Positions 19,971-28,837 are shown, counted from the first letter of the stretch. The stretch: DNA of 64,000 bases from Methanobacteriota archaeon (GCA_027064305.1 JAMOPY010000023.1:1-64000); one strand, 5' to 3'. The notes: generated from the sequence alone by a model not told the origin. Numbers and translations: made by a program.

Positions 19971-20375
19971 CTACTCCTCCTCCTTGATCCCGACAATCTT
20001 GCGCTTGCCCGCCGCCTCCATGTACTCGACCATCACGCCCTCCTCCAGCTGCGAGGCCAGCTCCTCGTCCTCCGGCTTCGGTACCTCGAACGTCTCGTAG
20101 GTCTCCATGTCCATCAGCTGCACCGTGTCGTCCATGACCGAGATCACCTGCGCGGTCTTCCGCTCGATCACCGGCACGTCCACCTTCGCGTCCACCGGCT
20201 TGGTGATCGTCCGCTTCTTCCCGTCGAAGAGCCCCACCGCGACGATCCGCGCCTTCGCCGACCCGTGCTTGCCCGGCGAGGACGTCGTGTACTCCACGAT
20301 CTTGCAGGGCTCGTCGTCGATCATGATGTACTTGCCCTTCTTCAGCTGGCGGACCTCCACCTTCTTGACCGCCAT
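19971..20375 (-). CDS. eif5a: Translation factor aIF5A
   Basis: SPGKHGSAK hypusination motif; [11 protein letters not shown]. Confidence 0.98.
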   Translation of the reverse strand: MAVKKVEVRQLKKGKYIMIDDEPCKIVEYTTSSPGKHGSAKARIVAVGLFDGKKRTITKPVDAKVDVPVIERKTAQVISVMDDTVQLMDMETYETFEVPKPEDEELASQLEEGVMVEYMEAAGKRKIVGIKEEE

Positions 20376-20413
20376 CCGGCATCCCCCGAGGGGACGCGCT
20401 CCCCGGCGGTCCC

Positions 20414-20425
20414 TTACTAATAATA
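20414..20425. promoter_or_regulatory. AT-rich TATA-like element between divergent eif5a and pdaD
   Basis: TTACTAATAATA in a GC-rich background, 25-40 nt from both starts. Confidence 0.55.
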
Positions 20426-20450
20426 CTCGGCCTCGGGACCGGGGGTCCCG

Positions 20451-20930
20451 ATGTCGACCGTCCGGTACGCCCTGGTGACCGGCACCGGGCGGGCGGACAC
20501 CTCCCTGGCCGCGTTCGACGCCGCGCTGCTCGACGCGGGCATCGGGAACTGGAACCTGGTAACACTCACCAGCATCCTCCCACCGAACGCCGAGGAGGAG
20601 GACGCGCCCCCGCCCCTACCCCCCGGCGCGATCGTCCCCGCGGTCCTGGCCCGGTCCGTGGACCGGGGCCCGGTGGCCAGCTGCGTGTGCGTGGCCCGCC
20701 TCGAGTCGGGGTTCGGCATTATCGCGGAGCGATCCGACGCCTCGGACCCGGACCGGGCGGAGGAGCTGGCCCTCCGGGACGTGGAGGAGATGGCGAGGGC
20801 GCGCGGCGAGGAGATCCTCGAGGTCAAGACCGCGACCGCCTTCAACGAGCCGGAGGAGGACGAGTGGGCGGCGGCCGTATCCGCGGTCGTCCTGTGGGGG
20901 CGAATCCCCGTTGGAGTCCCTCAGGAGTGA
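20451..20930 (+). CDS. pdaD: Pyruvoyl-dependent arginine decarboxylase
   Basis: [25 protein letters not shown] self-cleavage region; next to speB/eif5a. Confidence 0.88.
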   Translation: MSTVRYALVTGTGRADTSLAAFDAALLDAGIGNWNLVTLTSILPPNAEEEDAPPPLPPGAIVPAVLARSVDRGPVASCVCVARLESGFGIIAERSDASDPDRAEELALRDVEEMARARGEEILEVKTATAFNEPEEDEWAAAVSAVVLWGRIPVGVPQE

Positions 20931-21933
20931 GCTCGAGCGGATCGTGACGGAACGGGTCCTCCCCCGCGTCCCCCGCGTCGAGCGGGGCTGGGAGAAGGTG
21001 GGGCGCGGCGCCGACGGCACCCCCACCATGCGGGTGGACGAGATCGCCGAGCGGGCCTTCCTCCGCGGGCTCGAGGACCGGGGCCTGGAGGTCCGGGTGA
21101 TCAGCGAGGAGTCGGGCGAGGTGACCGTCGGGGAGGAGCCGGAGGCCACCCTGGTGCTGGACCCGCTGGACGGCTCCCACAACGCCTCGCGGGGGCTCCC
21201 CTTCTACTGCGTCTCCATCGGCCTCGCGGATCCCGAGGCCGAGTCGCTGGCGGACGTGGAGGACGGGCTCGTGATCTCGGACCTGATCACGTTCGACTCC
21301 GAGGGGGCACCGGAGGATCGCCCGAGCGGCCGTCCCACGGTCGCGATGTATTACTACGGGACCGAGCGGCTCCCCACCACCCTGCAGCGCCGGTTCAAGC
21401 TGCGGTGCCTGGGCTCCGTGGCGCTGGAGCTGGCGATGACGTGCCGCGGCATCCTCGACGGGTTCGTGGACGTGAGGGGCAGCCTCCGACCGACGGACGT
21501 GGCCGGGGCCTTCGGGCTCGGTCGAGGGGACACCGCCTTCCTGTTCTTCCGGGAGGGGAGGGAGCTAGAGCCGGAGGACGTGCCCCTGCGGCCCGACTTC
21601 CGGTTCGAGCTGGCGGCCGCCCGGGACGAGGGGTTGGCCCGGGAGCTCTACGACGGGCTGCGGCGGGACGTGGGGCTGCGCCGGCTCCAGGCGCTGTTCG
21701 GCCGGCACCCGGAGGGGTTCGATCTCCACGGGCTGTGCGGGAAACTGGGGGAGGAGTGCGCGGAGCTCGCGCACGCGGTGGGCCGGGGCGAGGGGTACGA
21801 GGGGGAGCTGGCGGACGTGCTGGCCCTGGTCCTGAACCTCGCCAACGAGCTCGAGGTGGACCTCTTAGACGCGCTCCAGCGCAAGTTCCGGAGGGTGTTC
21901 GAATGCCGCGAGCCCCGCGAACGGTCGGGGTGA
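20911..21933 (+). CDS. Inositol monophosphatase/FBPase (NADP phosphatase-like) fused to a C-terminal MazG-like pyrophosphatase domain
   Basis: GADGTPT, SEE, DPLDGS, RCLGSVALE, LRPTDVAG; C-terminal KLGEECAELA...GELADVL...LAN MazG pattern. Confidence 0.8.
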   Translation: MESLRSELERIVTERVLPRVPRVERGWEKVGRGADGTPTMRVDEIAERAFLRGLEDRGLEVRVISEESGEVTVGEEPEATLVLDPLDGSHNASRGLPFYCVSIGLADPEAESLADVEDGLVISDLITFDSEGAPEDRPSGRPTVAMYYYGTERLPTTLQRRFKLRCLGSVALELAMTCRGILDGFVDVRGSLRPTDVAGAFGLGRGDTAFLFFREGRELEPEDVPLRPDFRFELAAARDEGLARELYDGLRRDVGLRRLQALFGRHPEGFDLHGLCGKLGEECAELAHAVGRGEGYEGELADVLALVLNLANELEVDLLDALQRKFRRVFECREPRERSG

Positions 21934-22730
21934 CCGGACGCACGGACCTGGACCGGGCCCTCGAGGTCGCGCGCCTGGTCTGCCGCCTGTGCCGGGAGCA
22001 CGGGCTCGAGGTCATCGCGGACGAGACGCTGGGCCTGGAACGGGTCGAGGCGACGGACCTCCGCTCGCTGGGCGAGCTCTCGGACGTGATCGTCACCGTC
22101 GGCGGCGACGGTACCATCCTCCGCGTCTCCCGCCTCACCTCCGAGCACGAGGTGCCCCTCCTGGGCGTCAACTTGGGAAAGTTCGGGTTCCTCACCGAGG
22201 TGAGCGAGCGCGAGGTCCCGGAGGCGATCCGCCGGCTGGCCGAGGGGGACTTCACGGTGGAGGAACGGGACAAGCTGCTCGTGGAGGTGGGGGAGGAGGA
22301 GCGGGAGGACGTGCTCAACGAGGTGACCGTGACCACCAGCCGACCCGCCAAGATGATCCAGTACGGGCTGATCATCGACGGGTTCGAGGTCGAGCGGGCC
22401 TGGGCCGACGGGGTGCTGGTCTCGACCCCCACGGGCTCCACGGCCTACTCCCTGTCCGCGGGCGGCCCCATCGTGGAACCGTCCGTGGAGTGCATGATCA
22501 TCACCCCGCTCAACCCGTTCAAGCTCGAGGCGCGCCCCATGGTCGTCTCCCTGAACCGTCGGGTGGAAATCGAGGTTCACGACCCCGAACGCGCCGAGGT
22601 CGTGCTCGACGGCCAGAAGTACCTGCCCTTCCGCGAGCCCGTGGTCGTGACCCGGTCCGCTCACCGGGCCCGGTTCGTGCGCTTTGACTCCTCGTACTTC
22701 GAACGCCTCCGGGAGAAGTTCCTGGGGTGA
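21903..22730 (+). CDS. nadK: NAD kinase
   Basis: GGDGT, GVNLGKFGFL, LNE, DGVLVSTPTGSTAYSLSAGGP. Confidence 0.95.
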   Translation: MPRAPRTVGVTGRTDLDRALEVARLVCRLCREHGLEVIADETLGLERVEATDLRSLGELSDVIVTVGGDGTILRVSRLTSEHEVPLLGVNLGKFGFLTEVSEREVPEAIRRLAEGDFTVEERDKLLVEVGEEEREDVLNEVTVTTSRPAKMIQYGLIIDGFEVERAWADGVLVSTPTGSTAYSLSAGGPIVEPSVECMIITPLNPFKLEARPMVVSLNRRVEIEVHDPERAEVVLDGQKYLPFREPVVVTRSAHRARFVRFDSSYFERLREKFLG

Positions 22731-22832
22731 GGACCGTGGGCCGCGCCCGATCCACCCTCGCCCGCCTCGGAGGCTCGATCCTACGGTTCATGATGTGCGG
22801 CCGGATCGTCCCCGCACTCTCGCGGGCGTCCC

Positions 22833-23108
22833 TCATCCTCTGGAGGCTCCTCTACCGCGAGGGACGTCGAGCGAGGATACCACCCTGAGCGCGCGCACGG
22901 CCATCCGCACGTCCTCCTCCCGAACGGTCTTCCGACCCGCGTGCCGCGCGGCGAGCACCGACAGCTCCGCCAGCATCCGACCGAGCTCCTCGATCAGCCG
23001 AAAGTACTCCTCCTTCGCCTCCATCCGCACCCCCACGACGTCCCCGCCCGCCCGGGCCGACTCCCTCAGAATCCGCTCCAGCACGTTCGTCGGCAGGTCC
23101 ACCTCCAT
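22833..23108 (-). CDS. Archaeal histone-fold protein with C-terminal basic tail
   Basis: DLPTNVLERIL...AARHAGRKTVREEDVRMA matches the HMf-type LP...RI and HAGRKT...D signature. Confidence 0.85.
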   Translation of the reverse strand: MEVDLPTNVLERILRESARAGGDVVGVRMEAKEEYFRLIEELGRMLAELSVLAARHAGRKTVREEDVRMAVRALRVVSSLDVPRGRGASRG

Positions 23109-23125
23109 CCCAACCACCGCCCGGG

Positions 23126-23524
23126 GTGCCCCGGTTGCGATCCTACGTCCTGGACGCCTCGGCCTTCATCAAGGGTGCCGTCCCGGACCGGGGCCGCCTC
23201 TACACCGTCCCCGAGGTCGTCGACGAGCTGCGCGACCCCCTCTCCCGCGCCCGGTTCGAGACCGCCCCCGTCCACGTCCGCGAGCCCGCAGGCTGGGCCG
23301 TCCGACGGGCCCGCAGGCGCGCCCGGCTCACCGGCGACGCGGATCGCCTCTCCATCACCGACCTAAAGGTGCTGGCGCTCGCCGTCGAACTCCGGTCCGA
23401 GGGCCGGGACGTCACCATCATCAGCTCCGACTACGCGCTTCAGAACGTCGCGAGATCCCTGAAGCTCGACGTCTACGGCCCCGTGCACGGGGAGATAAGG
23501 GAGGTAAGGGGACCGACCCGATGA
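23126..23524 (+). CDS. Nob1-like PIN-domain nuclease (no zinc ribbon)
   Basis: VLDASAFI, TVPEVVDEL, GD...LSITD, SDYALQNVA are archaeal Nob1 PIN motifs. Confidence 0.8.
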   Translation: MPRLRSYVLDASAFIKGAVPDRGRLYTVPEVVDELRDPLSRARFETAPVHVREPAGWAVRRARRRARLTGDADRLSITDLKVLALAVELRSEGRDVTIISSDYALQNVARSLKLDVYGPVHGEIREVRGPTR

Positions 23525-24381
23525 ACACCGTCGGCATCACCACCACCGTCACCGTGGCCGGGCTCACCGGGACCAAGCGGGTCACCGCCCGCGTGGACAC
23601 CGGCGCCCGCTACGACGCCCTCGACTACACCCTCGCCGCCAAGATCGGGGCCGGCCCCGTCCTCGACGTCAAGAAGATCCGCTCCGCCACCGCCTCCCGC
23701 CTCAAGGCCGAGCGCCGACCCGTCGTTCCCCTCACCCTCAAGCTCGGCGACCGGCTCGTGCACACCCGCGCCACCCTCGCCGACCGCCGTGGGATGAGGT
23801 ACCCGCTCATCATCGGCCGCGAGACCCTCCGCCGGGCCGGCGTCCTCGTCGACCCCACCCGACGATCCACCGGGCGGGACGAGCGGGACCGCGACCCCGG
23901 GCGACGGGCCGCCAGCATGCTGCGCCTGCACACCGAGCTGCGCCGCGCGGTCCCGAAGGAGCGCGCCATCACCCCAGCCATCCTGGCCCTACAGCACGGC
24001 GGCGCCTGGTCCTACCGGGACGAGGACGTCGTCTCCGTCGCCGTGCCCGTCCGGGAGGAGCGGGACGGGGTCGTGATCGAGCGACTGTACCTGCTCCTAG
24101 ACCCGCGGATCGAGCGCTCCGAGGGCCGCATCGTCCGGCTGGAGAAGTGCGGCGAGGAGGACGTGCGACGGGTGGCCGAGCGCCCCCGACTCCTGGAGGT
24201 CCGCCACGAGGGCGGGGCCACCGTGCGCATCGACCCCCACCGCCGCACCCTCCGCGTCACCCGGCTCGAGCCCGGCCGGATCACCTTCCGAGGCACCGCC
24301 GCGGCCAACGTCCACCACGAGCTCGCCCACCTCACGGAGGAGGAGCCCGGCCCCACCATCCTGGACTTCAAGATCGAGTGA
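23521..24381 (+). CDS. Retropepsin-like (RimK-associated) domain fused to a peptide deformylase-like domain
   Basis: N-terminal ARVDTGA...RPVV...LADR..MRYPLIIGR; C-terminal LLLDPRI, EKC, HHELAHL. Confidence 0.75.
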   Translation: MNTVGITTTVTVAGLTGTKRVTARVDTGARYDALDYTLAAKIGAGPVLDVKKIRSATASRLKAERRPVVPLTLKLGDRLVHTRATLADRRGMRYPLIIGRETLRRAGVLVDPTRRSTGRDERDRDPGRRAASMLRLHTELRRAVPKERAITPAILALQHGGAWSYRDEDVVSVAVPVREERDGVVIERLYLLLDPRIERSEGRIVRLEKCGEEDVRRVAERPRLLEVRHEGGATVRIDPHRRTLRVTRLEPGRITFRGTAAANVHHELAHLTEEEPGPTILDFKIE

Positions 24382-24396
24382 CGGGAGGGCCTCGCG

Positions 24397-25287
24397 ATGC
24401 CCCGAATCCTCCGCGTCGCCACCCGCTCCAGCCGGCTCGCCCTCACCCAAACGCGCGAGTTCCTGGAACACCTCCGCAGCGAGCTCCCCCACGACGTCGA
24501 GTTCAAGCTGATCAAGACCCGGTCGAAGGGCGACCGCGTCCGGGACCGACCGCTCCACCGGCTCGGCGAGAAGGGGGTCTTCGTCAAGGCCGTCGACCGG
24601 CTCGTGCTGGAGGGGCGCGCCGACTGCGCCGTGCACAGCGCCAAGGACGTGCCCTCCGAGCCCGACTACCCCGTCACCTTCGCCGCCGTACCCCCCCGCC
24701 GCGACCCCCGCGAGTGCCTCGTCTCGCGCACCGGGGCCCGGCTCAAGGAGCTCCCGAGCGGCTCCGTGGTGGGCACCAGCAGCCCCCGCCGCCGCGCCCA
24801 GATCCTCCTCGAGCGACCGGACCTCCGGGTCGAGCCCCTACGCGGGAACGTGGACACGCGCGTCCGGAAGGTGGAGCGTGGGGAGTTCGACGCCACCGTG
24901 CTCGCCAAGGTGGGGCTCGAGCGGCTCGGCCTGGAGGCCCGCATCTCCGAGGTGTTCGAGCCGGAGGAGTTCGTGCCGCCCGCCGGGCAGGGCGCGCTGC
25001 TGGTCACCTGCCGCCCCGACGACGACCGGACCCGAAGGCTGCTGGAGCACGGGGACGATCCCCGGAGCCGGGTCGAGGTGGAGGTGGAGAAGGAGATCGT
25101 GCGGCGGCTGGGGGTCGGCTGCGCCGAGCCCGTGGGCGTGTACGCCCGCGCCCGAGGGTCTCGAGTCCGGGTGGTGCTGAAGCTGCTCGACGGGGAGGGC
25201 ACCCGGGCCCGACTGCTCAGCGAGCGCGGGAGCCCGGAGGAGGTGGTGGAGAGGATCGTCACCCGGGCCCGGGGAGCGTGGGCTTGA
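24397..25287 (+). CDS. hemC: Porphobilinogen deaminase
   Basis: ATRSSRLA, KGVFVK, AVHSAKDVP, GTSSPRR, RGNVDTR, PPAGQGAL, GCAEP. Confidence 0.96.
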   Translation: MPRILRVATRSSRLALTQTREFLEHLRSELPHDVEFKLIKTRSKGDRVRDRPLHRLGEKGVFVKAVDRLVLEGRADCAVHSAKDVPSEPDYPVTFAAVPPRRDPRECLVSRTGARLKELPSGSVVGTSSPRRRAQILLERPDLRVEPLRGNVDTRVRKVERGEFDATVLAKVGLERLGLEARISEVFEPEEFVPPAGQGALLVTCRPDDDRTRRLLEHGDDPRSRVEVEVEKEIVRRLGVGCAEPVGVYARARGSRVRVVLKLLDGEGTRARLLSERGSPEEVVERIVTRARGAWA

Positions 25288-26087
25288 GCGAGCGCGTCCT
25301 GTACCTCGTCGGGGCGGGCCTGGCCGACGTGCGGGACCTCACCGTCCGCGCCCTGAGGACGCTGGCCCGGGCGGACCTCGTGCTGGTGGACACGTACACG
25401 AGCGTGTACGAGCTCCGGGAGCGGGAGCTCCGGCGCCTACTGCGGGCGCTCGGACACGATCCCCCCGAGATCCGACCGTGCTCGCGGGAGGAGCTCGAGG
25501 AGCGGTTCTTCGAGGTGGTGGGGGAGGCCGAGCGGGTGGCCGTGCTCTCGCCGGGGGACCCGATGGTCGCCACGACGCACGCCACCCTGGCCGTGGAGGC
25601 CGCCCGGCGCGGCTGGTCGGTGAGGATCGTGCCCGGCGTGTCGATCCTCACCGCCGGGCCCGGTCGGGCGGGGCTGGAGCTGTACCGCTTCGGCCGGACC
25701 GCCACGATCCCGCTCCGCGTGCGGTCCGTGTACCCGTACGACGTGCTGGAGCGGAACCGGGACGCCGACCTGCACACCCTGTTCCTGCTCGAGGCGGCCT
25801 CGGAGCGGGAGTACGTGTCCGTGGCGGACGCGGTCCGGTACCTGCTGGAGCTGGAGCGGGAGGAGGGTCGGGGCGTGGTCTCGCCGGACGACGAGGTGAT
25901 CGGCGTGCTCCGGCTGGGGTTCGAGGACGAGCTGGTGGTCCGGGGGACGGTCCACGAGATGTCCGGGTGTTGGGACCCCGGGCCGCCGCAAGCTCTTATA
26001 TATCCGGCCCGGCTGAGGGGGCCGGAGCGGGAGTTCCTCGAGCTCCTGGTCCCACACGTGCGAGACGCGCGGAGGCGTGGTGAGTGA
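25284..26087 (+). CDS. dph5: Diphthine synthase
   Basis: [39 protein letters not shown]; TTGA overlap start. Confidence 0.92.
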   Translation: MSERVLYLVGAGLADVRDLTVRALRTLARADLVLVDTYTSVYELRERELRRLLRALGHDPPEIRPCSREELEERFFEVVGEAERVAVLSPGDPMVATTHATLAVEAARRGWSVRIVPGVSILTAGPGRAGLELYRFGRTATIPLRVRSVYPYDVLERNRDADLHTLFLLEAASEREYVSVADAVRYLLELEREEGRGVVSPDDEVIGVLRLGFEDELVVRGTVHEMSGCWDPGPPQALIYPARLRGPEREFLELLVPHVRDARRRGE

Positions 26088-26446
26088 CCTTGGCCGAGGG
26101 TGAGGGTGGGGACTACCACGTCGTGCTGGAGGCCGCGTGGATCGTGTACAACGTGGACAGCGAGGACGATGCCATCAACATCGCCATCGCGGAGGCCGGC
26201 AAGCGCCTGAACCGCCACGGCCTGGACTACGTGGACATCGACGTGGGCTTCTTCGAGTGCCCGGAGTGCGGCGAGGAGATCGAGGGCGTGTGGATCGTGG
26301 CCAACACCGCGCTGGTCAGGCTCCTCCTCTCCATGCGCGTGTTCAACGCCGAGAACGAGGAGCACGCGATCCGGATCGCGAAGTACGAGATCGGCCAGGC
26401 GCTGGAGGACGTGCCGCTCGAGGTCGTGGAGGTCACCCCGATCTAG
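26084..26446 (+). CDS. DUF555/UPF0212 family protein
   Basis: [46 protein letters not shown]. Confidence 0.85.
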   Translation: MTLAEGEGGDYHVVLEAAWIVYNVDSEDDAINIAIAEAGKRLNRHGLDYVDIDVGFFECPECGEEIEGVWIVANTALVRLLLSMRVFNAENEEHAIRIAKYEIGQALEDVPLEVVEVTPI

Positions 26447-27558
26447 AGCCGGTACCGCGCGATCACGTGCCCCCAGATCAGGGACGACAGCAGGGTGAAG
26501 GTGGCCAGCGCGAAGGAGTTCATCGCCCGCGAGAACAGGAAGGCGCCGATCAGGGACTGGATGGAGAACGCCATCAGGCACCCGAACAGCAGGGCCTCCC
26601 GCGCCGCCAGCTCGGAGGAGAACTCGTACCGCCGGCGCCCCACGTACTCGGACAGGCACCTCGACCCCACGTACAGCGTGATCCCGACCCAGAGCGACAG
26701 CAGGAACGCGCCCACGTACCCGAAGTCGAACGCCCAGACGAACACGCCCGGGAGCATGTAGTCCAGCAGGTCCTTCCTCGCGACCAGCGCGCCGTGCAGC
26801 GTGGGCACGTTCAGGTTGAACATGACCAGGTACCCCACGGGCAGCGTCACGAACCCGTCCCCGAACCCGCACCAGTGGTAACCCGCCGGGAGAGACTTGG
26901 TGGAGTGGCCCACCAGGTACGCGTTCTTGCGGATGAAATCCAGGCCCGGCACGGTGTACTCCGCGAACCGCTTCACCCGCAGCGCCGGGCTGAGCACCGG
27001 CTTGTTCAACACCCGAGCCGCCGCCTCCATCAGCAGCAGGAGCCCCACCCCGATCGCGGAGACCGCGGCGATCACCCGCCGACTCATCTGGCCCGCGCGC
27101 GCGGCGAGGGCCCCGATCCTCGTCCCCACCTCCAGCTGCCGCGAGATCAGGTACTCGGTCCCGATCCAGCAGAGCAGCCAGGAGAGCAGGTAATCCCGGT
27201 GCATCACGCCCCCGAAGATCCCGGTGAACAGCCAGAGCGTGTTCAGCACCGGCCGGGTTCGGCGGGCCGCCGAGATCCCGCGCGCCTCCAGCAGGCCGAT
27301 CAGGTACCGGGCCGAGGCCCACGCGGCGAGGGTCAAGGGCCCGAACGGGTGCGTGAACTCGTGCCTGGGGAGGGGGAGGAACAGCGACAGCATGTCCACG
27401 AAGAACATCAGCATCAGGACGGCCAGGAGGAGGATGGACAGGGACAGCACGCGCTGGATGGTCACGCTGGAGTAGGCCAGCGTGAGCGGGACCACGGTGT
27501 GGGTCATCAGGAGGAAGTCCACCAGCGCCTCGCCCGTGTTGTGCGGCACCAGGTACAA
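26443..27558 (-). CDS. Polytopic membrane protein, Wzy/WaaL/SEDS-like; last gene of the pseudomurein cluster
   Basis: About 9-10 hydrophobic segments, a large loop, and DFGYVG followed by TM helices; co-oriented with the mur genes, 1 nt after the preceding gene. Confidence 0.7.
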   Translation of the reverse strand: MYLVPHNTGEALVDFLLMTHTVVPLTLAYSSVTIQRVLSLSILLLAVLMLMFFVDMLSLFLPLPRHEFTHPFGPLTLAAWASARYLIGLLEARGISAARRTRPVLNTLWLFTGIFGGVMHRDYLLSWLLCWIGTEYLISRQLEVGTRIGALAARAGQMSRRVIAAVSAIGVGLLLLMEAAARVLNKPVLSPALRVKRFAEYTVPGLDFIRKNAYLVGHSTKSLPAGYHWCGFGDGFVTLPVGYLVMFNLNVPTLHGALVARKDLLDYMLPGVFVWAFDFGYVGAFLLSLWVGITLYVGSRCLSEYVGRRRYEFSSELAAREALLFGCLMAFSIQSLIGAFLFSRAMNSFALATFTLLSSLIWGHVIARYRL

Positions 27559-27559
27559 G

Positions 27560-28831
27560 CTACCACCCTCTCACGCGCCGGTACATCAGCTCCCTGACGC
27601 ACCCCAGCACGATCAGGGTGACGCCCAGGGCGGAACCCACCAGGCCCAGCGCGTGCAGCACCTCCGTCGGCACGGGCGACTTCATCGGATGCTTCTTGTA
27701 CCCGCGGGGTAGCGGTCGCATGTACACGGTGACCACGTTTGCCTTCTTCTCCACCTTCACGTCGCTCGGCAGCACGTAATCGTACCCCAGCAGGGTGTTG
27801 TTGTCGATCGCGTTGTCGATGGCCCGCGCGATGTCCTCAGGATCCCGCTTCCCGTGCTGGATCAGCGACTGCACGATCTCCACGATGGTCGCCTTGTCGT
27901 GGGGGCCCCGAACCCCGTACACGCGCACCACCGGCTGGTTCCGACGCACGGTGATCAGGTCACGCGCCACCTGCCAGGCGTACTCGGTCTTCAGCGGCGA
28001 CCCGCACACCGGGCACCGCGTGTACCGGGCCGCCGTCGGGAAGGGCGCGCTCCACCCGCACTTGGTGCACGCCTTCCGGTACGGGGCGTCCATCGGGAAC
28101 CCCCGCTCGTTGAGCCGGGCGGGCACGAACGTGTCACCGGTGGAGAGGCCGGCGGTGATGTTCACGGCGCCGCCCCCGTACTTCTCACCGGACTTCTTGG
28201 CCACGTACCCCATCACCCGGGCGAGCACCTCCGTCGCCGGCAGCCCGTCCCGGATCATGCGGCCCGCCATGATCGCCGCCTCGACGCGGACCCTCGTCGC
28301 CGTACCGTAGAGCGGGTTGCCCGGCGTGTTACGCAGGTGAATCACCGCGCACTTCACGTTCGGGGGGATCTTGACGATGTTCGGGCCCGAACCGCTGTGA
28401 TACTGCCGAATGATGATCTTGTTCCCCTTCACGAGGACCACGGCGATGTCGTAGCTACCGCCCACCACGATGCCCCGGCGCGGTCCACCCACCAGCAGTC
28501 GATCCGTGGGCGACTTCTCGATCCCGGCCCGCACCGCCTCCTCCAGGGGCATCCCCAGCTCCAGCCGCCGAATGCACGCCAGGATCGCCTCCAGTCGCGC
28601 GGTACCCTTACCCAGACCACCCGCCAGCACGGCCACGTGCAGCTTCTTGGACACGAGGAACGTGGACTGGAACATGTTGGGGGCGAACGACATCGAGCCC
28701 GCGGCCGCGCCGTTCGGATCCTTGCCGCTGGGGTCGGTGATGACGATCATGTTAAACGTGGCCGAGGCGGCCGAGGGAAGCGCGACGAGCAGGGCCAGAA
28801 CCGCGATCCACCACCGCTCGATGGTCCCCAC
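27560..28831 (-). CDS. Secreted, C-terminally membrane-anchored protein with an Ntn-hydrolase-like N-terminus and a zinc ribbon
   Basis: Signal peptide ending ASA followed by TFNMIVITDP; CTKC...CPVC; C-terminal TM helix with a basic tail. Confidence 0.75.
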   Translation of the reverse strand: MGTIERWWIAVLALLVALPSAASATFNMIVITDPSGKDPNGAAAGSMSFAPNMFQSTFLVSKKLHVAVLAGGLGKGTARLEAILACIRRLELGMPLEEAVRAGIEKSPTDRLLVGGPRRGIVVGGSYDIAVVLVKGNKIIIRQYHSGSGPNIVKIPPNVKCAVIHLRNTPGNPLYGTATRVRVEAAIMAGRMIRDGLPATEVLARVMGYVAKKSGEKYGGGAVNITAGLSTGDTFVPARLNERGFPMDAPYRKACTKCGWSAPFPTAARYTRCPVCGSPLKTEYAWQVARDLITVRRNQPVVRVYGVRGPHDKATIVEIVQSLIQHGKRDPEDIARAIDNAIDNNTLLGYDYVLPSDVKVEKKANVVTVYMRPLPRGYKKHPMKSPVPTEVLHALGLVGSALGVTLIVLGCVRELMYRRVRGW

Positions 28832-28837
28832 GCCCCC

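Noticed and set aside
20560-20585. PdaD cleavage site is Thr-Ser rather than Ser-Ser
   Set aside because: The pyruvoyl-forming second Ser is retained and Thr-Ser variants occur in this family, so there is no evidence of inactivation.
22725-22840. Possible box C/D sRNA or SECIS between nadK and the histone gene
   Set aside because: Only partial boxes with wrong spacing and no terminal stem; no GAA/A SECIS motif and no in-frame UGA selenoprotein seen nearby.
28736-28780. GTGATGA...CCGA antisense to the Ntn-like gene
   Set aside because: No C'/D' pair or terminal stem; explained by the coding sequence on the other strand.
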